Source: Nitrosopumilaceae archaeon
GTDB taxonomy: Archaea > Thermoproteota > Nitrososphaeria > Nitrososphaerales > Nitrosopumilaceae
DNA length: 64,000 nt
NCBI GenBank assembly: GCA_052389415.1
Contig: JBQTHX010000055.1
Location: 1 to 64,000, forward strand
Direction of reading: 5' to 3'
Under the pieces are notes generated by a model, which searched no databases, had not been told where the DNA came from, and saw only the letters and a list, made by a program, of their open reading frames with translations. Numbering within the stretch: position 1 is the stretch's first letter; each line of letters opens with the position of its first letter. This document shows positions 20,194-29,475 of this stretch, piece after piece. The position numbers and the translations under genes are program-made.

Positions 20194-21654
20194 TTATTTC
20201 GTTATTGTTCTAATCTTCGTAGTAAGATTTTCAAAAGTGGTTTTTATTCCGGTTGCTCTTTTAGTAGTTCCGTTCCTATATGCTTGAATTCTTTTTTTCC
20301 TGTCCAAAATCATACGTTCTTGTTCTGACCTGCCTGAAGAACCCTGAGACGTCCTTTGTTCAAGTGATGAATATGCATTCATTGATTGTATTATCCCATG
20401 TAGTTCTTTTAGGTTTATCTTATGCTTGGCAAGCGATTTACTGATTTCATGATGAGAGAGCGATGATAGTGGTTTTTTCAAATTAGAAGCCGTTTGTACT
20501 AGCTGACCTACAATCATATGAGCTGTCCTAAAGGGAATTCCTTTTTTTACCAGCAGTTCTGCAATGTCTATAGAAATAGAATAACCAGAGTCTATTGCTT
20601 TTTTCATTTTGTGTTTGTTAACCTGTATCGTTTTCAACATTGCATTATTCACTATGAGTGCAGATATCGCAATTTTTGAAGAAGGCCAAATCAGTGTTTT
20701 TATTTGTTGTAAATCTCGACTATATCCAGAGGGCAACCCTTTGATATTTGAAAGAATAGCTACAAGATATCCAATTATTTGTGCTGTTTTCCCTCGTGTA
20801 AGCTCCAAGATGTCTGGGTTCCTTTTTTGTGGCATTACACTTGAGGTCGAAGCAAATTTATCGGAAAGATCTATGAATGAAAATTCAGATGTAGACCAAA
20901 TGATAAAGTCTTCTGAAAGCCGACTCAGGTTTGTCATGAGAATTGCAATCTGTCCTACATATTCAACCACAAAGTCACGAGTACTGGTTGCATCAATAGA
21001 GTTTTCAACAAGACCATTAAATCCAAGCATCCTTGCTGTGCTCTTTCTATCAATTGGTAGACTTGTTCCCCCTATTGGACCAGCACCAAGCGGAGATTCG
21101 TTTACTCTACCATAAGTAGCATAAAATCTGTCTAAATCTCTAAACAAGGCATCAGCAAATGCAAGAAGATAATGTGAAAAATACCCTACTTGAGCTTGTT
21201 GAAGATGAGTGTAAAGCGGCATTATTGTATCTTTATTTTTTTCAGCTAAGACAACAAGTGTTTCTATCATATCTAAAAGACACGAGCAAATTGTGTTAAT
21301 GTCGTCCCTAATTTTCATCCTGATATCAAGAGAGACCTGATCATTTCGTGAACGTGCAGTATGCATTTTGCCACCAATATGTTTTCCTGTTCGTTTTATG
21401 ATTATAGATTCTATTAACTCGTGAATGTCTTCAGAATCAGATTTGATTGATAGATTTTCTTTTTTTAGTTTTTCAAGAGATAACAAAATTTTTGCAGCTT
21501 CTCTTTTTGTAATTATTTTATTTTCATAAAGCATTATAGTGTGAGCTTGGCTTCCCCAAATGTCATATAGTGCAATTTCTTTATCATCTGAAATTGATGA
21601 AAGATAATCTAGAGTGTACTCATCCAAATTTTCTGTAAATCTAGACCGATACAT
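20194..21654 (-). CDS. argH: Argininosuccinate lyase
   Basis: HTARSRNDQ and TSSVMPQKRNPD; start placed at ATG 21654. Confidence 0.95.
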   Translation of the reverse strand: MYRSRFTENLDEYTLDYLSSISDDKEIALYDIWGSQAHTIMLYENKIITKREAAKILLSLEKLKKENLSIKSDSEDIHELIESIIIKRTGKHIGGKMHTARSRNDQVSLDIRMKIRDDINTICSCLLDMIETLVVLAEKNKDTIMPLYTHLQQAQVGYFSHYLLAFADALFRDLDRFYATYGRVNESPLGAGPIGGTSLPIDRKSTARMLGFNGLVENSIDATSTRDFVVEYVGQIAILMTNLSRLSEDFIIWSTSEFSFIDLSDKFASTSSVMPQKRNPDILELTRGKTAQIIGYLVAILSNIKGLPSGYSRDLQQIKTLIWPSSKIAISALIVNNAMLKTIQVNKHKMKKAIDSGYSISIDIAELLVKKGIPFRTAHMIVGQLVQTASNLKKPLSSLSHHEISKSLAKHKINLKELHGIIQSMNAYSSLEQRTSQGSSGRSEQERMILDRKKRIQAYRNGTTKRATGIKTTFENLTTKIRTITK

Positions 21655-21702
21655 CAATTTAGAAATTAGAATGGTTATATATAGCATAGACGGTTTTTTG
21701 TT

Positions 21703-22023
21703 GTGGCACAAGAAAGTCAGCAATTAAGAAGAATGATTTTTGATGAATTGACAAAAATTGTAGATCCTGAAATCAACGTATCCATAATGGAACTTGAACT
21801 TGTAGACAACATAGATATTAATGGTTCAGCTGTGAAGATAGATCTACACTTAACAAGTCCATTTTGTCCAGCCATATTTGGTTTTAAGATAGCACAGGAT
21901 GTTCATGATAATTTGTTAAAGATCGATGGCATTGATGATGTAAAGTTAAATGTGTCTAATCATTTTATGGCTGAAGCCATAAATAACCAAGTCAATGCAA
22001 GCAAGAATCCAAAAAAACCGTAG
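21703..22023 (+). CDS. Iron-sulfur cluster assembly protein (DUF59/SufT-like)
   Basis: VDPEINVSI and LTSPFCP motifs. Confidence 0.88.
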   Translation: MAQESQQLRRMIFDELTKIVDPEINVSIMELELVDNIDINGSAVKIDLHLTSPFCPAIFGFKIAQDVHDNLLKIDGIDDVKLNVSNHFMAEAINNQVNASKNPKKP

Positions 22024-22797
22024 TTATTTTCTAAATCCTAATAGATATCCTCGTAACAACTGTATTCCCATGGCAGGATCGACTCCCTTTGGACAAACTT
22101 GGCTACAAGAACCAGCAAAATGGCATCGCCAGATTCCGTGTGAATCATCTACTATCTTGAGTCGTTCATTCTTTCCTGTATCCCTGTTATCTGAAACGTA
22201 CCGATAAGCTTGAGCCAGCGCTTGTGGCCCAATAAATGATGAATCTGTTGCCATAGTTGGACAAGCAGAATTACACAATCCACATTTTATACAGTATGAA
22301 AATTGAAGATATTCTTCAACTTCTTTTGGAGTTTGTAAAAACTCCTTACTGTCATCAGTGACTTCAGAATCATCTCTAATTATGTAGGGTTTTAATTTTT
22401 TATGTGTTGAAAAGAACTGTGTAAAGTCTACCGCCAAATCCCTAAGAATTGGATAGTTATTCATCGGTTCTACTGTGACTATATTTGAATTCAGTTCCGA
22501 AATTTTTGTATAACATGCAAGGGCTGGTTTTCCATTTATTTTCATCCCGCAGGAGCCACATGATGCTTGCCGGCATGAGTACCTGACTGCAATAGAGGAA
22601 TCGAGGTGTTGTTTGACAGACAAAATTGCGTCTAACACAGTAGTCCATTTTTGAACAGGAACGTTAAACTCTTGAAACGTCATAACACTATCAGTTTTAG
22701 GATTAAATTTCGAGATCCTCAGAGTTATTGAGTTAGTGTGTGGATCAACGGTAGAAGAAGGTAGTTCACTAGAAAGCTGTGGATTTATGGCTGCCAT
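22024..22797 (-). CDS. sdhB: Succinate dehydrogenase iron-sulfur subunit
   Basis: SCRQASCGSC, CIKCGLCNSACP, CHFAGSCSQVCP. Confidence 0.96.
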   Translation of the reverse strand: MAAINPQLSSELPSSTVDPHTNSITLRISKFNPKTDSVMTFQEFNVPVQKWTTVLDAILSVKQHLDSSIAVRYSCRQASCGSCGMKINGKPALACYTKISELNSNIVTVEPMNNYPILRDLAVDFTQFFSTHKKLKPYIIRDDSEVTDDSKEFLQTPKEVEEYLQFSYCIKCGLCNSACPTMATDSSFIGPQALAQAYRYVSDNRDTGKNERLKIVDDSHGIWRCHFAGSCSQVCPKGVDPAMGIQLLRGYLLGFRK

Positions 22798-22798
22798 A

Positions 22799-23140
22799 TC
22801 ACATTCCAAATCCTGCCATCAATATGGTCCTAGATCCATAAGCAACAAGTATAGCTATTGCAGCAATACAGCCATAGTTAACTGTCTTTTCATATCCGAC
22901 ACCTTGTTTTAGTTCTAGTAGAATTACTCTTAATCCATTAAACCCATGTACTGAAAGCAAAATGAGTATTAGCTCTAGCATAATTGCATATGGTAGAAAT
23001 TGGTAATTTGCTATCACACTTTCATATTGTAATGATTCGGAGAAATTCTGTGTCATTCTAAAAAGAATATGAACAGATACAAGAACTACAGCACCAAGTG
23101 CCGTTCCATAATGTATTTTCATGATTACGCTTTCTTTCAT
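22799..23140 (-). CDS. sdhD: Succinate dehydrogenase membrane anchor
   Basis: Three TM helices, HGFNGLR; operon context. Confidence 0.88.
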   Translation of the reverse strand: MKESVIMKIHYGTALGAVVLVSVHILFRMTQNFSESLQYESVIANYQFLPYAIMLELILILLSVHGFNGLRVILLELKQGVGYEKTVNYGCIAAIAILVAYGSRTILMAGFGM

Positions 23141-23142
23141 TT

Positions 23143-23574
23143 TTATTCACCAAACAAAACTGCCAGACCATACATCATTGCTAAAGCTGCGAGTCCTATT
23201 GAGGCCAAGATACAAAGTTTGTGTCTTGAGTTTAACGATGCTGGTTTGTATGGATAATCTGGTCTGCCTGGTTTACCCACGCCCACACCACCATGTCCAA
23301 GCATTATTCTTATTCCGTTTGCAGTATGGAAGACACACATTCCAATAACTATAACAAGTATTATGTGACCCTCGGTTGTTTGAGTAAGGTCCAACATTTT
23401 TTGCCATGCTTCTTTTCCGTTAACTATTGAACTTGTTTCAAAAACATGCGCGATAAAGTATACTAGTAATCCTAGTCCGGTAAGACGCATAAGCCAATAG
23501 GCTAAACGTTCTAATCCATATCTGCCAGGGTTTAACCAACCTTTTATTCCCTCACGGTTTGTCTGTCTTTCCAT
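23143..23574 (-). CDS. sdhC: Succinate dehydrogenase cytochrome b subunit
   Basis: RLTG and HTANGIR motifs; operon context. Confidence 0.9.
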   Translation of the reverse strand: MERQTNREGIKGWLNPGRYGLERLAYWLMRLTGLGLLVYFIAHVFETSSIVNGKEAWQKMLDLTQTTEGHIILVIVIGMCVFHTANGIRIMLGHGGVGVGKPGRPDYPYKPASLNSRHKLCILASIGLAALAMMYGLAVLFGE

Positions 23575-25283
23575 TAGTATTTTCTCTCCACTGGCTTGTA
23601 TTTAGTAATAGTGACAGGGTGTTCTTTCAGCAAAGGTTCCCTTGTATCGTAATAAGCAAGTGTGTGATGTAAAAAGTTCTTATCATCTCTGGCAGGATAA
23701 TCTATTCTTGCATGAGCACCTCGAGATTCCTTTCTTTTGATTGCTCCAACTAATATAACCTCAGCAATTCTAAATATAGAATCAAGCTCCATGACATTTG
23801 TGAAGTTGGTATTGTATTCGCGTGCTTTATCGTCTACGTGTCTCCATGTTTTTTCTTTCAAGTCACGAATCTTCCTTAATCCATCAACCAGATCTTTTTC
23901 GTTTCTAAACACGTAAGCTTTTTCATTCATAATATCAGTAACTTGTTGTTTTATTTCATACGGATTCACATCACCATGTCCATGGAATAACCCATCATAG
24001 ATTCTTTTTTCTTCTAGAGATACAAGATGTAATGGAAATGGTGATGTTTTAGCATCTAGTACATATCTTGCGGCAAGTTCCCCTGTAATTTTTCCCCAAA
24101 CGATACATTCACTGGTAGAGTTGGCACCAAGTCTATTAGCGCCATGTGTGCTATTACATGCAGCTTCTCCGGCAGCCCATATTCCTTGTATTTCGGTAGC
24201 ACCGTCAATATCAGTATGAATTCCACCCATCATATAATGACAGACAGGTCTAACATCAATTGGTTCGTTTCCAGGATCAACTCCTGAAAATTTCATCGAA
24301 ATTTCTCTGATGGCAGCAAGTTTTTCTTTTATCACATTATCACCCAAGTGTCGAAGATCTAGTTTAAGACAGTCAACTCCTGTTTCATTTTTAAATCCAC
24401 GCCCATCAAGCATCTCGGTCATCATGGAACGAGAGACGATGTCTCTAGGAGCTAGTTCCATCAAATTTGGAGCGTATTTTCTCATGAATCTTTCTCCATC
24501 CTTGTTGATAAGATACCCACCCTCTCCTCGTGCTCCTTCCGTGATCAGTATTCCTGAAGGTAGAATTCCAGTAGGATGAAATTGGACAAATTCCATGTCC
24601 TTTAGTGCGAGACCTGCCCTGAATGCCATGTCAAGACCATCAGGTGTTGAAGAAAGTGCGTATGTAGAATAGCTATAAACTCTCCCTGCACCCCCAGTTG
24701 CGATTATTAGTGCTCTAGCTTTAATAGTGTAAAAAGTTCCTGATGAAATTTCAATCGCAGTGATTCCACAAAACCTTTGACCATCATGTATAATTGAGGT
24801 TACAAACCATTCGTTAAAAAATTCAATATTATCGAACTTTTGACAAGTGTCGTACAATGTCTGCATTTCATAAAATCCAACTTTATCTTGAGCATATGTG
24901 GCTCGTGGAAAACTGTAACCACCAAAATTTCTTTGACCTATCCTTCCATCATCCCTGCGTGACCAAGGCATTCCCCAATGTTCAAGTTGATAAATTTCTG
25001 ATGGCATTTCATGGACTAATCTTTCAACGACATCTTGATCTGCAAGAAAATCACTTCCCTTTACTGTATCATAGATGTGGGATTCAAGAGAATCTCCATC
25101 CTCAGGAAAGAGAACAGCCGCTGTTCCACCTTCTGCAGAAACAGAATGTGAACGCATAACTTGAAGTTTTGAAATTACTGTAACCTTGATGTTTGAGCTT
25201 ATCTTCGCGGCTTGAATTGCAGCTCTTAAACCCGCAAGACCAGAGCCGACAATTAACAGATCCCTTTCTATGGTGTCGGTCAT
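23574..25283 (-). CDS. sdhA: Succinate dehydrogenase flavoprotein subunit
   Basis: GSGLAG, RSHSVSAEGG, QFHPT, HGANRLG. Confidence 0.97.
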   Translation of the reverse strand: MTDTIERDLLIVGSGLAGLRAAIQAAKISSNIKVTVISKLQVMRSHSVSAEGGTAAVLFPEDGDSLESHIYDTVKGSDFLADQDVVERLVHEMPSEIYQLEHWGMPWSRRDDGRIGQRNFGGYSFPRATYAQDKVGFYEMQTLYDTCQKFDNIEFFNEWFVTSIIHDGQRFCGITAIEISSGTFYTIKARALIIATGGAGRVYSYSTYALSSTPDGLDMAFRAGLALKDMEFVQFHPTGILPSGILITEGARGEGGYLINKDGERFMRKYAPNLMELAPRDIVSRSMMTEMLDGRGFKNETGVDCLKLDLRHLGDNVIKEKLAAIREISMKFSGVDPGNEPIDVRPVCHYMMGGIHTDIDGATEIQGIWAAGEAACNSTHGANRLGANSTSECIVWGKITGELAARYVLDAKTSPFPLHLVSLEEKRIYDGLFHGHGDVNPYEIKQQVTDIMNEKAYVFRNEKDLVDGLRKIRDLKEKTWRHVDDKAREYNTNFTNVMELDSIFRIAEVILVGAIKRKESRGAHARIDYPARDDKNFLHHTLAYYDTREPLLKEHPVTITKYKPVERKY

Positions 25284-25424
25284 ATGTTTAGACCTCTACC
25301 TTTTCAAATTAGATAAATATGTCTTATGAAGTCTACGTGCAAGTAATAATCGAGAATATTTTTGTGACGAGTTCTGGGACAATGACTGATTTTCATAGAA
25401 CTTGTAATCGAATTATTAATATAT

Positions 25425-25455
25425 ATCGCTAGTGATATCACTAGTGATGATATCA
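25425..25455. promoter_or_regulatory. Palindromic operator at the start of the PadR-family gene
   Basis: Perfect 16-bp palindrome CTAGTGATATCACTAG (25429-25444) just downstream of a TATA-like TTATTAATAT; second TGATATCA core at 25448-25455. Confidence 0.7.
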
Positions 25456-25956
25456 CAGTGGATACAACGGGTTGGAAGCGTAGTTCCAAGAGGTTTTTCA
25501 AGATATTTCATACTAGATACTTTAAAAAAACGGACTTGTACCGGAAAAGAAATAATTGATTTTGCAATAAAACAGAGCGAGGGAAAATGGAAACCTTCTC
25601 CTGGATTAATTTATCCATTACTTGGAAGACTCTTAGATGATGGCCTTATTGAAGAAGCGAAGGATGGTAAGTATCAGATAACACGGAAAGGTAGAATCAT
25701 GACAGATGACCTTGAAACGCTAAACAATATTGTAAAAAATCAATTCGATGTGATGCTTAGGATAGGAAATATAGGAAAATTTGTATCCATGGATCTTCTT
25801 GAACGTATTACAAGTATAGGTAATTCGCTTAGCTCTAACCTATCAAATATGACAAAAGAAGAAACTACTAGATACAAAAGGTTCCTAGAATCTGAGCTTC
25901 ATAAGTTACAAACCTCAGAAAAAAAATCGCGCGGTAAAGAAATTAGAATCAATTAA
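25447..25956 (+). CDS. PadR-family transcriptional regulator
   Basis: WKPSPGLIYPLLGRL...KYQITRKG winged HTH. Confidence 0.9.
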   Translation: MISQWIQRVGSVVPRGFSRYFILDTLKKRTCTGKEIIDFAIKQSEGKWKPSPGLIYPLLGRLLDDGLIEEAKDGKYQITRKGRIMTDDLETLNNIVKNQFDVMLRIGNIGKFVSMDLLERITSIGNSLSSNLSNMTKEETTRYKRFLESELHKLQTSEKKSRGKEIRIN

Positions 25957-25989
25957 ACCATAAATAATTCTCAATAACATTACCAGTGG

Positions 25990-26853
25990 TTGTCAAAACT
26001 TAGGAAATTACTGTATAATAATTCTGAGCCGCTGGTTGTCCCTGGAGTATATGATGCGATTGGTGCAAAAATTGCACAAAAAGTAGGTTTCAAAGCAATG
26101 TTTCAGACTGGTTATGGTACTTCAGCAACGCTTCTTGGGATGCCAGACTATGGATTTATTGGATCCACTGAAACGGTAGAAAATGCTCGTAGGATCTGCT
26201 CAGCAGTATCCATTCCCGTAATAGTGGATGCAGATACTGGGTATGGTAATCCTCTGAGTGTTTGGAAGATTGTAAAGGAATTAGAATCTGCAGGTGCGTG
26301 TGGAATTTTTCTTGAGGATCAAAAATGGCCAAAAAGATGTGGACACATGCAAGGGAAAGAGGTGATCCCAAAAGAAGAATATGCTGAAAAATTACAGGCC
26401 GCATTAGATGCAAGAAAAAATAGAGATTTCATTATTGTTGCCAGAACTGATGCCAGAGCACTAGAGGGATTGGATGCAGCAATAGACCGTGCTCTTTTAT
26501 ACAAAAAGATAGGAGCTGATGCAATTTTTGTTGAAGCCCCAAAATCTGTTGCAGAGATGAAAAAAATTGGAATGTCAATCGAGGCTCCATTAGTTGCCAA
26601 TATGATCGAAGGAGGTGCCACTCCTCTTCTTTCGGCTAAGAGACTTTATGACATGGGATTTAAGTTAATTTTGTATCCACTTTCAATTCTATATGCTAAT
26701 ACATTCGCAACTATGCAGATTCTCCGCGAGCTTAGAAAAGCAGGTACGACCTCTAGATTCAAAAAGAATCTCGTTGCATTTGATCAATTCAACGATATTG
26801 TAGATTTAGCGAAGTACAGAAAAATGGAAAATAAATATAGTGATAAAATTTAA
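25990..26853 (+). CDS. Isocitrate lyase/PEP mutase family enzyme (PrpB-like)
   Basis: DADTGYG, EDQKWPKRCGH, ARTDA. Confidence 0.9.
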   Translation: MSKLRKLLYNNSEPLVVPGVYDAIGAKIAQKVGFKAMFQTGYGTSATLLGMPDYGFIGSTETVENARRICSAVSIPVIVDADTGYGNPLSVWKIVKELESAGACGIFLEDQKWPKRCGHMQGKEVIPKEEYAEKLQAALDARKNRDFIIVARTDARALEGLDAAIDRALLYKKIGADAIFVEAPKSVAEMKKIGMSIEAPLVANMIEGGATPLLSAKRLYDMGFKLILYPLSILYANTFATMQILRELRKAGTTSRFKKNLVAFDQFNDIVDLAKYRKMENKYSDKI

Positions 26854-26891
26854 GAGAACAAAAAGAAAGGAAAAATCCTCTCAAGGTTTTC

Positions 26892-27176
26892 CTATGAAGT
26901 GTTTCTTCTCACTTCTATTTCTATGGTGGAAACGTTTCTTGGTCGTCCATCTTGTGATTGAAGTTGTTCTGAGCCGATCTTGATGTCTCCGATAGAATAG
27001 CCTGCATTTTCTGTTTTTCGCGCAACTATCTGTGCTACATCGACCGCACGTCCAATGCTAAGCCCTCTTGCCTTGATAGATATTTTCTGTTGGTTTGCCA
27101 GCTGTATTAGCGTAGAAGTAACATACGCCATCAGTGGTTTTTTTCCGATGAATATAGTCTCTCTTGATTCGGACAT
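26892..27176 (-). CDS. albA: Alba DNA/RNA-binding protein
   Basis: IGKKPLMAY, KARGLSIGRAVDVA, NVSTIEI. Confidence 0.95.
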   Translation of the reverse strand: MSESRETIFIGKKPLMAYVTSTLIQLANQQKISIKARGLSIGRAVDVAQIVARKTENAGYSIGDIKIGSEQLQSQDGRPRNVSTIEIEVRRNTS

Positions 27177-27231
27177 GTTAACTTCTAATATTAGAGGATA
27201 ATTTAAATCTAAGAATAGGAATTTTGTTTAG

Positions 27232-27636
27232 ATGAGGTTTTTTATTTGTTTTCTGGTTTTTTTTGGCTTAATTTTTGGCAATGCTTTTGGATATGAAGAA
27301 ATAATCACGTCTAATTTCAAAGTAGTAAATACATTGGGTGAAGAGATAAAATCACCACTAGTAGAGCAACAGCTTAACCTACAAACTTCACTTACAAATG
27401 TAAGCGAAAAGGAAATAGATTGGGCATATATCGTACAAGTGATTGATTCGGAAGGAGCCATAGTAGATCTTAATTTCTCTACTGGTTCACTTGTAAGAAA
27501 TCAAACCCTAACACCAGCTCTCTTTTGGACTCCACATGATAATGGAAATTATAAAATCGAAGTTTTTGTATGGGATAGTCTACGAAACATGAATGCGTTA
27601 ACTCCAAAATCTATCTTTACTATAACAGTAACATAA
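27232..27636 (+). CDS. Exported Ig-like hypothetical protein
   Basis: Signal peptide; beta-rich domain with WTP..G.Y.IEVFVW. Confidence 0.75.
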   Translation: MRFFICFLVFFGLIFGNAFGYEEIITSNFKVVNTLGEEIKSPLVEQQLNLQTSLTNVSEKEIDWAYIVQVIDSEGAIVDLNFSTGSLVRNQTLTPALFWTPHDNGNYKIEVFVWDSLRNMNALTPKSIFTITVT

Positions 27637-27690
27637 ACAGTTTAAGTTGATCATATTACTTTAATGTTAAAAATTTTCAATAAATCAGAA

Positions 27691-27704
27691 AGTGGACCGG
27701 GTGG
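27691..27704 (-). repeat. Distal att site (duplicated tRNA-Ala 3' end)
   Basis: AGTGGACCGGGTGG identical to 34435-34448; followed on the minus strand by a T-rich tract. Confidence 0.85.
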
Positions 27705-27919
27705 TTTCTTCAGCCTCAGAGGATTTGGATTTGCGGTTTTGTCAGAAAAAATTTACACAAAATGGGCAGTAAGCTAATCGGAGTAGCTACAAAACTCCTT
27801 CACTATTTTTTATCAAGTTATGATTTATTGCAGATTGCTCCAGACTAATGCTGATGAATCAAATTCCCAAATCTAGTAAATAGAATCATTTTTTTCTTGG
27901 TTTTCTTTAGCAAGGATAA

Positions 27920-28231
27920 ATGAAAGCTGTCGTTGCTGGAATTGTCACAGGCGTTCTTGTTTTTCTTGGAATACAAACTGTAACACCTTTTCCTTACGGC
28001 TTAATTTTTGGTGGTGGATTATCGGGTTTTATCATTTGGTATACACTAAAAAAAACCTCGGCAAATGAAGACTCACTAATCAGTTATAGACGATCAGATC
28101 CACAGACTGAAGAAGAAAAACGTCAGAATCTAGAAGCATATAGAATACTAAAAAAGAAGTTTTTAGAGGAAAGAATTTCAAAAGAGGAATTTGAAAGACA
28201 AAAAAAACTCTTCGATGTTGAGGGTGAATAA
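27920..28231 (+). CDS. Membrane protein with C-terminal SHOCT-like domain
   Basis: Two TM helices then ILKKKFLEERISKEEFERQKK. Confidence 0.75.
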   Translation: MKAVVAGIVTGVLVFLGIQTVTPFPYGLIFGGGLSGFIIWYTLKKTSANEDSLISYRRSDPQTEEEKRQNLEAYRILKKKFLEERISKEEFERQKKLFDVEGE

Positions 28232-28254
28232 AAGTAAAAATTAGAAAATCTTTC

Positions 28255-28533
28255 ATGATTGGAATAATCATACTGGTGTTCGGATTTGGCTCATTTGCCT
28301 TGCTCTCATACCTTTTAGATTATGGTTATTTGAATAATTTTTTGCCGACTGATAATGCGTTTATGTATGCTCGTGTTGATTTACCAAAGATTGTGTTTGA
28401 AGTAAATCAGTGGGGTTGGTTTGCTTATTTACGACTTGGATTTTTGATTACAGGATTTGCCGGTATTGGATACATTACAGTAAATGGACTTATTATTTTA
28501 TTCAAAAGGAAAAAAGATTCCAGATTTGATTAG
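28255..28533 (+). CDS. Small membrane protein
   Basis: Two hydrophobic segments; tandem with the upstream ORF. Confidence 0.65.
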   Translation: MIGIIILVFGFGSFALLSYLLDYGYLNNFLPTDNAFMYARVDLPKIVFEVNQWGWFAYLRLGFLITGFAGIGYITVNGLIILFKRKKDSRFD

Positions 28534-29376
28534 TCAGTGCCATCCTCTTTCTTTTAATTTTAATGCTGTATCCATCTTAACACATGCTCCTGTAGAAAAA
28601 TCAGGCTTTACAACTAGAGTATATTCAGGAAATGGTTTCTTGCATTGGCCATTAAATGCCATTGCCTTACTAAATTTCTCTACAACAATTATGGATTGGC
28701 TTTCTTCTCCATGGGAATTGTCTGAATTAAACTTAATACCTTTTGTAAAAACAAAAATCCCTGTATTTTGAGGAGTGAAAGCAAAGGTAAAAGTTTTTGG
28801 CAATTCATTTGCTGTGAAATTTTCTGAATCCGTAATTAGTTTATTGTTGCCATGTATAGCATAACCTGCATTTCCACCTTCACTCTGACTGTTTGAAAAA
28901 TTGTATGTAAAAATAATATTCACTTCTTCATGAGCTTTTAGTACTACCAGTCCAGTCCCGTTTTTCGAGTTAAAAACACTCTCTAATTTTCCACCATATC
29001 GAAAAGGATCAGTTTCAGCCCATGTTTTTTGAACAGTTTCAAAATAACAATTTGAGCTGCCAAACAGAGTTGGTGTAACACATGTTGTAGTATCATTTAG
29101 TGTTACAGTGTACGGCTTTCCGTTTACTTCAACTGTGGCATTAAATGATTGGTTATCTAGCTTTGTGGCATGAAATGTTGGATTAGTAGGACATGGCAGA
29201 TTAAGTGCATTACAGATTCTATGTGCATATTCTCCTGTCAATGTAACTTGATTATCATCAGGTATGATTGTTTGATTTGGTAGCGTATCCCTTGCATCAA
29301 GAATTAATACAAATGATACTGCCCCAATTATTGCTATACCAATCACAGCAATTATGGATAGGTGAAGAGTTTTCAC
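28534..29376 (-). CDS. Exported modular protein (MKxLHLS-type leader, C-terminal C..K..ACV..KL..RGW module)
   Basis: N-terminal anchor MKTLHLSIIAVIG; module shared with the neighbouring gene. Confidence 0.8.
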   Translation of the reverse strand: MKTLHLSIIAVIGIAIIGAVSFVLILDARDTLPNQTIIPDDNQVTLTGEYAHRICNALNLPCPTNPTFHATKLDNQSFNATVEVNGKPYTVTLNDTTTCVTPTLFGSSNCYFETVQKTWAETDPFRYGGKLESVFNSKNGTGLVVLKAHEEVNIIFTYNFSNSQSEGGNAGYAIHGNNKLITDSENFTANELPKTFTFAFTPQNTGIFVFTKGIKFNSDNSHGEESQSIIVVEKFSKAMAFNGQCKKPFPEYTLVVKPDFSTGACVKMDTALKLKERGWH

Positions 29377-29399
29377 AATAATATACGTGTGATATTTTG

Positions 29400-29426
29400 T
29401 TTTTAGGGATTGCTTACAAATCGTAG
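29400..29426 (-). promoter_or_regulatory. Shared promoter repeat, copy 1
   Basis: 25/27 identical to 30887-30913; ends 24 bp before the start codon. Confidence 0.7.
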
Positions 29427-29475
29427 GTATTAATCATGGGATTATTTTGAACCCAGTTCATACCTACATACCAAA

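Noticed and set aside
20609-21115. Long antisense ORFs (also 43554-44126, 53215-53679, 53920-54393, 55964-56413)
   Set aside because: Opposite-strand shadows of well-supported housekeeping genes with no motifs of their own
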